Origin: a virus
Virus genome (UHGV): UHGV-0279745
DNA length: 64,000 nucleotides
Strand: one strand, 5' to 3'
The notes under the pieces are model-generated. The model was given only the letters and a program-made list of their open reading frames with translations. It was not told where the DNA came from and searched no databases. This document shows, in pieces, positions 1 to 8,214 of this stretch (its first letter is position 1; the number at the start of each line of letters is the position of its first letter). The translations under genes were made by a program, and so were the position numbers.

Positions 1-51
1 ATATTGAAGACTGTAAACGTGAGATTATAAGAGCGAATTGGGAGATTATCA

Positions 52-333
52 ATGAAGCGTGAAACAATTGTATTTTGTCAAAACGGTGATGTAAAACAGT
101 ACCGGGGTAAGAAGTTAATTCGTACGTTAGATTATCGCGAAGCAAAACGTTTCGTTGAAGAGTGTGCGTGGTTAATGCATTACGAAGGGAACTATCGTGC
201 CATCTTAGAAGCGCCGCGTTTAGAACGTGCAGTTGCGCAGATGGCAATAGGTAATCCTAAGAACTGTTACCTAGCACGCAAACCAAAATACCTACAGCGT
301 GTCTCGCTAGGCAGTTTTATTGCGGGATTTTAA
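52..333 (+). CDS. hypothetical protein (93 aa)
   Basis: ORF with GGGAGA RBS upstream of ATG; followed by conserved promoter-like element. Confidence 0.6.
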   Translation: MKRETIVFCQNGDVKQYRGKKLIRTLDYREAKRFVEECAWLMHYEGNYRAILEAPRLERAVAQMAIGNPKNCYLARKPKYLQRVSLGSFIAGF

Positions 334-334
334 T

Positions 335-385
335 AAAAATAATTTCAGATATATATTACTTAGGTGAGAGTACAAAAGCTCTCAC
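335..385 (+). promoter_or_regulatory. conserved promoter-like motif (aaaaataatttcagatatatattac) followed by 7-bp-stem hairpin gtgagag/ctctcac (364-385)
   Basis: Near-identical ~75-bp copy at 36581-36655; core motif also at 32201-32226; lies ~30 nt upstream of an RBS and ATG. Confidence 0.5.
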
Positions 386-415
386 TTAACGAAAACCATT
401 TTAGGAGAATATACC

Positions 416-910
416 ATGAACTTCACTAGACTTGATTACACTAACGAATTAGTCGACAAAGAAAAATACAAATTCACAGTTGACTTGGGTTATGGGCTGT
501 GGGACGTAGAAAAAGACGTCCTATACAAAGAATTCCGTGAGCAGTTCGGTGCTTTGTTCTGCGCAGGTTTCCGTAGAAACTCTATCGATGTCGGTTATAG
601 CGCAACACCGTATACCGACGAAGAAATGTTTAAGCTGATAACAGAGATTGTCGGAACACGTGTGGCTAAACGTTTTAATTATTCTAACGAACTTGTTTCG
701 AAAGACCATTACAAATTCACCGTTAGATTACACGTACCCCTCACCGAAGAAGATAAGAATACACTCTATAAAGCCCTACAAACCGAATTCGGTAAAACAC
801 TCAAAGTCGGGTTCCGTAGTCGTAGTATCGACATCGGTATTAGCGTAGACTTGTGCAGTGACGATGACCTTTACGAATTAGTTTCGGAAGTTATCAGAAA
901 ACATCTCTAA
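416..910 (+). CDS. hypothetical protein with internal tandem duplication (164 aa)
   Basis: RBS AGGAG before ATG; two ~80-aa repeats (YTNELVDKEKYKFTVDL...GFRRNSIDVGYS / YSNELVSKDHYKFTVRL...GFRSRSIDIGIS). Confidence 0.7.
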   Translation: MNFTRLDYTNELVDKEKYKFTVDLGYGLWDVEKDVLYKEFREQFGALFCAGFRRNSIDVGYSATPYTDEEMFKLITEIVGTRVAKRFNYSNELVSKDHYKFTVRLHVPLTEEDKNTLYKALQTEFGKTLKVGFRSRSIDIGISVDLCSDDDLYELVSEVIRKHL

Positions 911-965
911 GCATAAATCAACTCATTATCACTTCGACATGTAAAAACTAAAAAGGAAGATAAAA

Positions 966-1742
966 ATGAAAACTGTTGAGTTTAAAAATAGCAGTCTTTG
1001 GGCATACTCGCACATCATTACGAGTTTCCTGAAAAACGTTACTTCGCACCTCGCTTATCAGTTTTGTGGAAATGAGCTCACTATCGGTGGTTTTAACGAG
1101 GAAGAATTAAAACGTGCAAAAGAGTTCATTGACGATGTTCTTCATGGTGATGCGACGTGTTTAGTTGCGAGTTACGTTGCTAAAGACAAAGGAAGATTAA
1201 ACATCATGGCAATTTTCAGGGCGCTCTCCGAAAAAGTATACGAAGTTGAGAAGGTTAGTCATGGCGTTTATATTGTTTACTTTAAACGTTCGGCGGAGAA
1301 AAACGCTGATAAACTTCTGGAGTATTTCGACTGTAACCCAGGGGAAGGTATGGATGTTTATACGCTCGGTTATGATGGGGTACCTCACCGGAATAACCTT
1401 ATTCGTATTGACGAACCTTTTTCAGTCAATGATAGCTCCACGCCTATAGAGTTGGTTCTGGTACACAAAGATCGATTCGCGCATTACGATTCTGATACTA
1501 TTCAACGTGTCCTGAACAACGTTAATATACAGTTTTCACAAACCGAACACCTGGTACGTGCTTGTGTTAGGTCTAACGGCACAACATCATTTTTCCTCGA
1601 ACGTCAAATCGTTTGGCAGACTTATCTGGCTTTGATGGAAGAACTCGATAGGATCGAACCAGTTCAGGTTGGTACAAATTGCTTATATTGGATAAAAACA
1701 AAGGGGTTCATGAATGAAAACACTCAATTCAGATTTGCGTGA
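966..1742 (+). CDS. hypothetical protein (258 aa)
   Basis: ORF with AAGGAAG RBS. Confidence 0.7.
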   Translation: MKTVEFKNSSLWAYSHIITSFLKNVTSHLAYQFCGNELTIGGFNEEELKRAKEFIDDVLHGDATCLVASYVAKDKGRLNIMAIFRALSEKVYEVEKVSHGVYIVYFKRSAEKNADKLLEYFDCNPGEGMDVYTLGYDGVPHRNNLIRIDEPFSVNDSSTPIELVLVHKDRFAHYDSDTIQRVLNNVNIQFSQTEHLVRACVRSNGTTSFFLERQIVWQTYLALMEELDRIEPVQVGTNCLYWIKTKGFMNENTQFRFA

Positions 1743-2142
1743 TTATATCCGTAAGTATCCAGCCAGTATTCCTGTACTGGCTTCACTTACGCTTTCAGGT
1801 ACTGACGTTAACGTCTTAACTGTGGAACAATTTCACGAGATAATAAAAACCGCATATAACTCCATTACCGCAACGTCAGTACGTAAACGTTGCGATTACC
1901 CAGACGGTGATTTCGGTACAGAGATGTTTACCGATTACGCGGTTGCGTTTCTGTTAGGCCGACACTGTCTCGATAAACTTAACACTGCTGTAGAAGGGGA
2001 AACAGTGACGGAAATAGTCAATGCTTGGCAGCAACGTATTCTGAATGACCCTTACTGTCGCCAAGCGTTAAAACGTATGTCCACAACGGCGATTACAAAC
2101 GACCAGCGTGCTTTAGAGTTCTTTAAGCACAACTACAGCTAA
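1714..2142 (+). CDS. hypothetical protein (142 aa), paralogue of 3008-3439
   Basis: Overlaps upstream gene end; shared YIR..P...LA and NDP...L..MS.T motifs with the 3008 gene. Confidence 0.7.
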   Translation: MKTLNSDLRDYIRKYPASIPVLASLTLSGTDVNVLTVEQFHEIIKTAYNSITATSVRKRCDYPDGDFGTEMFTDYAVAFLLGRHCLDKLNTAVEGETVTEIVNAWQQRILNDPYCRQALKRMSTTAITNDQRALEFFKHNYS

Positions 2143-2163
2143 TTTACCAAAAGGAAAAATGAC

Positions 2164-2931
2164 ATGTTTAATATCGAAATTACCCCGCTCGTTAAAACTG
2201 AAATCCGTCCGGTTCCCGAAGCACAATTACTCGATCAACTTTATCGCATATTCCTGGATAAAGGTGTACATTTCCGTGTAGAACAAGTCAATGATGAAAG
2301 CATCGTGTTCTACTGGACTCACAGCAACGATTATCTTTGTGACACTATTGCGAAAGAAATCGGTGAGTTACTCAACCCAGCAGAAGGTACCACGAACGCC
2401 TGGGTAGAAACGACCGAGACTGAACAACCGAAAGCCGAGGCCGAAAAACAGCAGAAAGACGAACCGCACGTCCTCTGGTACGAAGGTAAGAAGATTAAGG
2501 AAATTAAAGAAGCGTTAGAGACCCTCTATCACGACGATTTAGGCATTTACTGGGATAACAGCAAGCTCGTCGTTCGATTGAAGAAAGACGATCGTAACCT
2601 CATGGAAGATATTCGTTCTATCGTTAAGCTGATCGATAACGACGCTGTTCGACTTATTTCGATTCATGGTATCGGAAAAGATACCGCTGATGAACTCATG
2701 CGTGTGGCTGTTCACGAACATAAGGAGAAAATTCATCAATCCGTTTACAAAGGTGAAACGCTCACCGTTTTGATCGACAACGATGTTGAGGTTTTCAAAT
2801 CATTAACGAACTTTATGCGAATAGTTTCAACGGATTCTTATATCGAAAAAGCACGTGCCATGGTTCTCGAAAAGATTTTTGATATTTACAACAAAGATTG
2901 CGATTGTCCTAATTGTCAAAAACGTCGATAA
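2164..2931 (+). CDS. hypothetical protein (255 aa), C-terminal CDCPNC Cys cluster
   Basis: ORF with AAGGAAAAA RBS; terminator hairpin downstream. Confidence 0.7.
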   Translation: MFNIEITPLVKTEIRPVPEAQLLDQLYRIFLDKGVHFRVEQVNDESIVFYWTHSNDYLCDTIAKEIGELLNPAEGTTNAWVETTETEQPKAEAEKQQKDEPHVLWYEGKKIKEIKEALETLYHDDLGIYWDNSKLVVRLKKDDRNLMEDIRSIVKLIDNDAVRLISIHGIGKDTADELMRVAVHEHKEKIHQSVYKGETLTVLIDNDVEVFKSLTNFMRIVSTDSYIEKARAMVLEKIFDIYNKDCDCPNCQKRR

Positions 2932-2956
2932 TTAACGACGTTCTAAATTCATCTAA

Positions 2957-2989
2957 GGGGTGGTAATCCGCCCCTCTATTATTGTATTT
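2957..2989 (+). terminator. rho-independent terminator-like hairpin with T-rich tail
   Basis: ggggtgg-taat-ccgcccc followed by tctattattgtattt. Confidence 0.5.
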
Positions 2990-3007
2990 ACCTAAAGGAG
3001 TATTAAA

Positions 3008-3439
3008 ATGTTTTTCGTACTAAAAGATGAAATCCGTAACTACATTCGTAACAACCCGATTGCTCTGGGCGTTTTAGCAGGTTTCTGTCGTCCAAATACT
3101 GATTTCGATTTAGTTAAGTTAGAAGAATATCAGGAAATTGTGAATACTAACTACTTGCACATCTGTAGCTGGGGTAAACGCCCTCGCGAAGAGTACCCTG
3201 TAGGTGAGTTAGGTGACACTATGCACCGTGACCAGAATCTGATGCACGAATTCGTTGAATACACACTGGAAAATCTTAACTATCCGCTTCTGGTCGACAC
3301 TGTACCAGAAATGGTTGACGAGTGGTTAAGTCGTGTTTACAATGATCCTACTGCCAGCACCCTGCTGAGCCAGATGTCGCAAACTTCTCGCGATATCGAC
3401 ACCCGCACGCTGATGTACTTAGCACACAACGTTCGTTAA
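3008..3439 (+). CDS. hypothetical protein (143 aa), paralogue of 1714-2142
   Basis: Conserved leader cctaaaggagtattaaaATG; paralogue motifs. Confidence 0.7.
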   Translation: MFFVLKDEIRNYIRNNPIALGVLAGFCRPNTDFDLVKLEEYQEIVNTNYLHICSWGKRPREEYPVGELGDTMHRDQNLMHEFVEYTLENLNYPLLVDTVPEMVDEWLSRVYNDPTASTLLSQMSQTSRDIDTRTLMYLAHNVR

Positions 3440-3446
3440 TCTCACT

Positions 3447-3500
3447 CCGCTATAGGCTTCGGTCTATAGCGGAATTAATTTTCTTTCCCTTTTCTTTTTT
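3447..3500 (+). terminator. rho-independent terminator
   Basis: ccgctatag-loop-ctatagcgg followed by long T-rich tract. Confidence 0.6.
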
Positions 3501-3605
3501 GTTATTTTGACACTACTTTACTTACCCTCTACTCGACTATTCCTATGCTGGCTGAGGGATGTAAAACGACCTCTTAAACCTTTTTACTTATTGTGAGTTA
3601 ACGCG

Positions 3606-4454
3606 ATGTCTCTTACGTCAAAACAGAAACTGCTAAAACTCATCAACACTGAAAACAATATTGTTCCGCCATTGACCTTCAGTGATGTTGATATCGGCGA
3701 ACCTACTGGTACTAGGGTTGATACCCAGGTGGTTCTGACTTCTAAACTCAAAGGCGATGAGTCTACTACTTTAACAGTGACTTACCATCGTCGTAATTTG
3801 CCCGAATACCTAACAGGTGAATTGGTATTCGGTAACGACGGTGTTGTAACCGCTACAGATTTGCTTAATGCAATCAACGCAAAATACGATTTAAATATCC
3901 TGCCGTCGGATATCGTTGATGCGAAAGTTGAAGGTGAAACCCATCAGCTTACCGCTAACGAGAAATCCTACGAATGGTGTGGCGAGGTGACACTTACGCT
4001 ACGCGATCCTATTGATCTGGCTAAACTGTTACCTGTTACTCAATTAGAAAACCTGGTAGAGTATCCGTCCACTAAGAAAGGTAACGCAGCGGTTTATTCT
4101 TATCCAATTGACTTCACCGCAGAAAAAGATTACCTCGATCCGATTACCATTAACGACACTGTCGACCTGGCTGAGTTAGCCACTAAACTGGTCAACGTCG
4201 TTGATGAGAAATGGGTAAGCGTACCTAAAAACGCTGCTAATAACCTCTACGGTGCTAAGGTTATCTACGATGGCCCTACCGCAGGTTACGAAGGTGCAAA
4301 TACGAAGTACACGCGTGTGCTGGTACTCGCACTCAGTGGACTGTGTGCTAACCTGACCGGTAATCTGTTAATCCACTTTAACGGTACCGATCGTCCGAAG
4401 TCGAAGATTGAATTAGCTAAAACTAATTCGGTCTTACCGGGATTCTTAGATTAA
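3606..4454 (+). CDS. hypothetical protein (282 aa), distant member of the NTK(V/I)T paralogue family
   Basis: ORF; N-terminal pattern similar to the 4468, 7608 and 8215 genes. Confidence 0.65.
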   Translation: MSLTSKQKLLKLINTENNIVPPLTFSDVDIGEPTGTRVDTQVVLTSKLKGDESTTLTVTYHRRNLPEYLTGELVFGNDGVVTATDLLNAINAKYDLNILPSDIVDAKVEGETHQLTANEKSYEWCGEVTLTLRDPIDLAKLLPVTQLENLVEYPSTKKGNAAVYSYPIDFTAEKDYLDPITINDTVDLAELATKLVNVVDEKWVSVPKNAANNLYGAKVIYDGPTAGYEGANTKYTRVLVLALSGLCANLTGNLLIHFNGTDRPKSKIELAKTNSVLPGFLD

Positions 4455-4467
4455 GAGGATTACAGTA

Positions 4468-4944
4468 ATGACCAGTCAAGAAACTATCTTCGACCTTATT
4501 AAAAAGGCTAACCCAGACGCTGAGCTTGACACCGCCAAAGTTACATTGGGTGAGCCCGTCGTAAGTACCGGTGCGTACAACACCGAAGTTACGGTTGCGT
4601 CAATTAAGAATCTCGGTTATGCTAATAAGCAAACGTTCCAGTATAACCGCATCGATGCAGGTTTGTATTTCCTCAACGTATTGCCGAAACTGTTAGTTGA
4701 ATCAGCCACCACGACTGCGGACCTGTTGCCTGTAATTAACGAACAATATGGCTTAACCCTTACTGAAGACGACGTATGGGTAGAGCAGGTTGGTGAGTTA
4801 CCGCTGGACGGCAGCGCAATCGAGCACGGCATTTTCTTCCGTCCTGAGTGCCTAACCTGGGTCGGTGGTTTTACAGTGCGCGTTGCGCGTAAACCGACTG
4901 TTGAAACACCGCCAGCTAATCCATCGCGCGCTAAGAAGAAATAA
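4468..4944 (+). CDS. hypothetical protein (158 aa), paralogue family member
   Basis: AAGAGGA RBS; terminator downstream. Confidence 0.7.
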   Translation: MTSQETIFDLIKKANPDAELDTAKVTLGEPVVSTGAYNTEVTVASIKNLGYANKQTFQYNRIDAGLYFLNVLPKLLVESATTTADLLPVINEQYGLTLTEDDVWVEQVGELPLDGSAIEHGIFFRPECLTWVGGFTVRVARKPTVETPPANPSRAKKK

Positions 4945-4948
4945 CGAC

Positions 4949-4982
4949 AGGGTGGGGTAATCCCACCCTCTTTTCTTTTTTT
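4949..4982 (+). terminator. rho-independent terminator
   Basis: agggtgggg-taat-cccaccct followed by T-run. Confidence 0.65.
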
Positions 4983-5005
4983 GTGTAAAAGAGGAGTTAA
5001 ACAAA

Positions 5006-5596
5006 ATGGCCGAACGTTGGACTAAAGAAGGTATTATTGCTTCGAAAACAGATTTAGAAGGAGGGTACGTAAACGACCCTGACGATAAAGGTGGGGAAAC
5101 CTGTCACGGTGTAACACTAACAACTGCACGCGAATACGGGTATAAAGGGAGAATGAAGGATCTGACCCGTGCGCAGGCGTTTGATATTTACGATCGCGGT
5201 TGGTGGAAGAAACTTAAACTCGATGAGATTTTAGCTATCTCACCCTTACTCGCAGACCGGATGTTTGATTTTGCTATTAACTCTGGCCGCGTTAACTGTG
5301 TGAAATCGTTACAACGTATTCTGAACGTTTTAAATAACGAAGGGAAACTTTACGCAGATATTGACACTGATGGCGGTATGGGACCTAAAACGCTAGGTGC
5401 CCTGAATGCTTATCTGAATTACCGTAAAGACGAGGGGTTAGGCATCTTAATCTTTGCCTTAATCTCACACCAGGTAACTTACTACACAGAAATCTCCGAA
5501 AAGCGTAAGAAGAATGAAAAATTCGCTTACGGTTGGTATGCGCGTGTGTTCAGGGAAATGCCGGATTATGTGGCGAAGGCGGGGTTAGTAAAATGA
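5006..5596 (+). CDS. GH108-like N-acetylmuramidase with peptidoglycan-binding-like C-terminal region
   Basis: EGGYVNDPDDKGGETCHGVT motif typical of glycoside hydrolase family 108; RBS AAGAGGAG. Confidence 0.65.
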   Translation: MAERWTKEGIIASKTDLEGGYVNDPDDKGGETCHGVTLTTAREYGYKGRMKDLTRAQAFDIYDRGWWKKLKLDEILAISPLLADRMFDFAINSGRVNCVKSLQRILNVLNNEGKLYADIDTDGGMGPKTLGALNAYLNYRKDEGLGILIFALISHQVTYYTEISEKRKKNEKFAYGWYARVFREMPDYVAKAGLVK

Positions 5597-5697
5597 ACTG
5601 GTTTGCTAAACTCTTAGCACTATTGTGGAAAGCGTTAACGTCTGGACGGAAACGTAAAGACGAAAAGCGTGGGTACGAATTTTTCTGGTTTCTATAA
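5593..5697 (+). CDS. small cationic amphipathic peptide (34 aa), unannotated in ORF track
   Basis: ATGA start/stop overlap with muramidase gene; MNWFAKLLALLWKALTSGRKRKDEKRGYEFFWFL. Confidence 0.3.
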   Translation: MNWFAKLLALLWKALTSGRKRKDEKRGYEFFWFL

Positions 5698-5712
5698 GGG
5701 AAGGTGTGGGTA

Positions 5713-6378
5713 ATGGAGAAGCTTCAATATAAACGTTTAGACAATAAGTGGTTTGTATTAACGGAGGATTACCATTATCCGTTTACGTTACGTGAAATTT
5801 ATCACGACCACGTACACTTAGACCGTGCGGTTTATTTAACGGGTGTATTGCCTGACACACAACTGTGGTTAACGGCACCGAAAGGGTTCGTTACCGATTT
5901 AGCGTCGATTCCTGAACACCTCCAGGGAATTTTCCATCCTGACGGGCCGTGGGCACCTGCGGCCTGCATTCACGACCTACTCTATCAAAAATGCAGTACG
6001 GAACGTAGCTATCCCATGACACCGGGTGGTAACGTTTCGCGTATTATCGACAAAGAGTTTTCTGACTTAACGTTCCTGCGTATTATGCAGTCGTTAGAAA
6101 TCTCGCCTTATATCTGCCAAACATTTTATAAGGCCGTCGTTGAATTCGGCTGGGATTCCTACGTAGATCCTAATGCAAAGCCATCCTACAACACTAACGC
6201 GTTTCGTACGTTAGATTATAATCGAAACTATTTATTCGTTCGCGAGTTTAAGGAACCTGCAATCCCTGACCACGAACGTATTGATATCACCACAGATCAG
6301 CCCGTTAATGTCAAATACCTGAACATCAAACGTGCTTTTCTGTCTGGGAGGGAAGATGTTTCATCCAAATCCGAGTAA
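5713..6378 (+). CDS. hypothetical protein (221 aa)
   Basis: ATG at 5713 with GGAAGGTG RBS; conserved-looking TDLASIP and AACIHDLLY motifs. Confidence 0.65.
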   Translation: MEKLQYKRLDNKWFVLTEDYHYPFTLREIYHDHVHLDRAVYLTGVLPDTQLWLTAPKGFVTDLASIPEHLQGIFHPDGPWAPAACIHDLLYQKCSTERSYPMTPGGNVSRIIDKEFSDLTFLRIMQSLEISPYICQTFYKAVVEFGWDSYVDPNAKPSYNTNAFRTLDYNRNYLFVREFKEPAIPDHERIDITTDQPVNVKYLNIKRAFLSGREDVSSKSE

Positions 6379-6871
6379 CTTTAAACTCAAAGAGTTAGTA
6401 CCACAGTCTTATATTGCCAAATACGGCGATTCTGCAATTCGGTTTATGAATCCGTTGTTAATGATTTCGCTACAACAGATTCGTAACCGTTTCGGTAGAA
6501 TGGTGATTAACTCGCCTGCTGCGCAACAGCGTGGCCTAAGAACCTTAGACTTTTTCATCAACCAAGAAAAGCCTAAAGGCGGTAACTATAAACAACGTGC
6601 TTTACAACTCTACTCTGATTCGGGGAGTCAGCACAAGTTCGGTAATGCGATTGATGCAACGTTGTTGGACAGTACCGTAAAGCAGGTTCACGACTACATC
6701 GCCGCTAACCCTGATGAGTTTCCGTTCATTCACTTTATTGAATGCGACATCAGTTGGTTACACATCGACGTTCGTAACCAACCTAACATTACTTTCTGGT
6801 CACCAAATCGAGGTACTGTGAAAGTGGTTAAGCAAAAACCAATCGACTGGAGCTCCTTAGTCGAGATTTAA
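6356..6871 (+). CDS. peptidase M15-like (VanY / L-alanyl-D-glutamate peptidase-type) cell-wall hydrolase
   Basis: SQHKFGNAIDA (SxHxxGxAxD) and WLHIDVR motifs; GGGAGGGAAG RBS before internal ATG. Confidence 0.6.
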   Translation: MFHPNPSNFKLKELVPQSYIAKYGDSAIRFMNPLLMISLQQIRNRFGRMVINSPAAQQRGLRTLDFFINQEKPKGGNYKQRALQLYSDSGSQHKFGNAIDATLLDSTVKQVHDYIAANPDEFPFIHFIECDISWLHIDVRNQPNITFWSPNRGTVKVVKQKPIDWSSLVEI

Positions 6872-6955
6872 CTATTTCTAAGGTGTTTATACCTTATTTT
6901 GTATAAAGACGCTTAGAATGCGTTCTACGCACGATTTGACGGTTAAAATGAATAT

Positions 6956-6994
6956 ACCCTACTCCTTATCGGGAGTAGGGTAGTTTTTATTATT
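6956..6994. terminator. bidirectional terminator between convergent genes
   Basis: accctactcc-ttatcg-ggagtagggt followed by tttttattatt. Confidence 0.6.
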
Positions 6995-7469
6995 CCGCAG
7001 GATGGAGCATTGTTCCGGTGTCAGGAGCTACACCTTCTTTACAGTGGAAGAAAGTAATGCCTTTACCATCACCCGTTTTATATTCTAAAGTAGAATACGC
7101 AAACGTTGGTGTTTTTGAAAGTAACCCATTTACACGGTAGTAACGTTGCCCCGTGATAGGATCGATATTTCCATTAACTTTACCTAATAAATCTTTATAA
7201 AGTTGGGGTGACTCAATCTTACCATTTGGCCAAGTGGCTACCCAGTTAGCGCCAGTATCGATCACAGTTACTGAACCTAACATTAGGTTAGTCGAACTAA
7301 CGACAGGTTTGTAATTTACAAAATCCTGCTCTACACCCATACAGGTGTAAATAACCATGTCGTGTGGCTCTACGGGTACAGTTGAGAATTGGCCGTTAGC
7401 GGTGGGTTGTAAAGCACATCCTGCTAATGAAAAAACACCAACCATAGCGATAAGAAAACGTTTTAGCAT
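6990..7469 (-). CDS. putative lipoprotein (159 aa)
   Basis: N-terminus MLKRFLIAMVGVFSLAGC with lipobox LAGC; start taken at internal ATG. Confidence 0.6.
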   Translation of the reverse strand: MLKRFLIAMVGVFSLAGCALQPTANGQFSTVPVEPHDMVIYTCMGVEQDFVNYKPVVSSTNLMLGSVTVIDTGANWVATWPNGKIESPQLYKDLLGKVNGNIDPITGQRYYRVNGLLSKTPTFAYSTLEYKTGDGKGITFFHCKEGVAPDTGTMLHPAE

Positions 7470-7530
7470 GTTTTCACCTTTTATAAAAAAGTTAAAAATA
7501 ATAATTTTACAGACGACCCTTACTGCCATC

Positions 7531-7560
7531 TGTCATAACTATTAAAACCACTTCTATAAT
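7531..7560 (+). promoter_or_regulatory. possible sigma70-like promoter (-10 TATAAT at 7555-7560)
   Basis: Perfect TATAAT hexamer ~47 nt upstream of the 7608 ATG; -35 is weak. Confidence 0.3.
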
Positions 7561-7607
7561 CCGAACAATACTATGCAATCCACCCTGCCACACACGAGGT
7601 AAAAACG

Positions 7608-8144
7608 ATGGCTAAAGCTTTCAATCTGCAGCTCATTGAAGCTGTTAAAGCTAAAAACCCAGACACTGCGTCTAAACTGACCGTAGAAGACGTTGATTTT
7701 GGCGCTGTTGCTGCGTTCAGCGGCAAATCTGGACGTAATACTAAAATTACGCTGACTGCAAAAGAAAAAAGTGCTAACTTTACCGGCAGCAAAGAATTCC
7801 ATTATATCCGTCTGGCATCCCAAGACCTGATCGGTGCTAAAGCTTACCAGCAGGAAGGTAGCCTCGAACTGGAAAACGCTGCCATTGTAGCCAAACTGAA
7901 CGAAGAGATGGTTACTAAAGGTTATGTAGATGACGCGTTTGCAGAAGGCGAACTCACCATCGAAAAATCTGATGGCGAAAGCGGTGCTAAAGTTTACACC
8001 GTTAAAGTAAACGATGCGCACATCAAATTCTTAGCCGGTACCATTGCCACCTTCACCTATACCAACCCGGTTCCTCCGAAGGTAGCTCTGAGCGGCCTGG
8101 AAGGTGAACTGGATAGCTTCACCGCTCCGGGTATCGGGGGCTAA
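7608..8144 (+). CDS. hypothetical abundant protein (178 aa), paralogue of 8215-8745
   Basis: Strong RBS; biased codon usage; own terminator; NTKITLTA and GELDSFT motifs shared with 8215 gene. Confidence 0.75.
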   Translation: MAKAFNLQLIEAVKAKNPDTASKLTVEDVDFGAVAAFSGKSGRNTKITLTAKEKSANFTGSKEFHYIRLASQDLIGAKAYQQEGSLELENAAIVAKLNEEMVTKGYVDDAFAEGELTIEKSDGESGAKVYTVKVNDAHIKFLAGTIATFTYTNPVPPKVALSGLEGELDSFTAPGIGG

Positions 8145-8153
8145 GTAAGTTAA

Positions 8154-8188
8154 ATCGGGGAGGGGGTAACCTCCCCGATATTTCTTTA
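8154..8188 (+). terminator. rho-independent terminator
   Basis: atcggggagg-loop-cctccccgat followed by T-rich tail. Confidence 0.6.
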
Positions 8189-8214
8189 ACTCGTACTATT
8201 AAGGATTTAAGATA

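Noticed and set aside
3501-3605. TTGACA hexamer at about 3507-3512 as a possible -35 element
   Set aside because: No convincing -10 hexamer at 16-19 bp spacing.
7554-8021. Minus-strand ORFs 7554-8021 and 7571-7792 overlapping the 7608-8144 gene
   Set aside because: Antisense to a gene with strong RBS, biased codon usage and a clear paralogue; the minus-strand translations are low-complexity.
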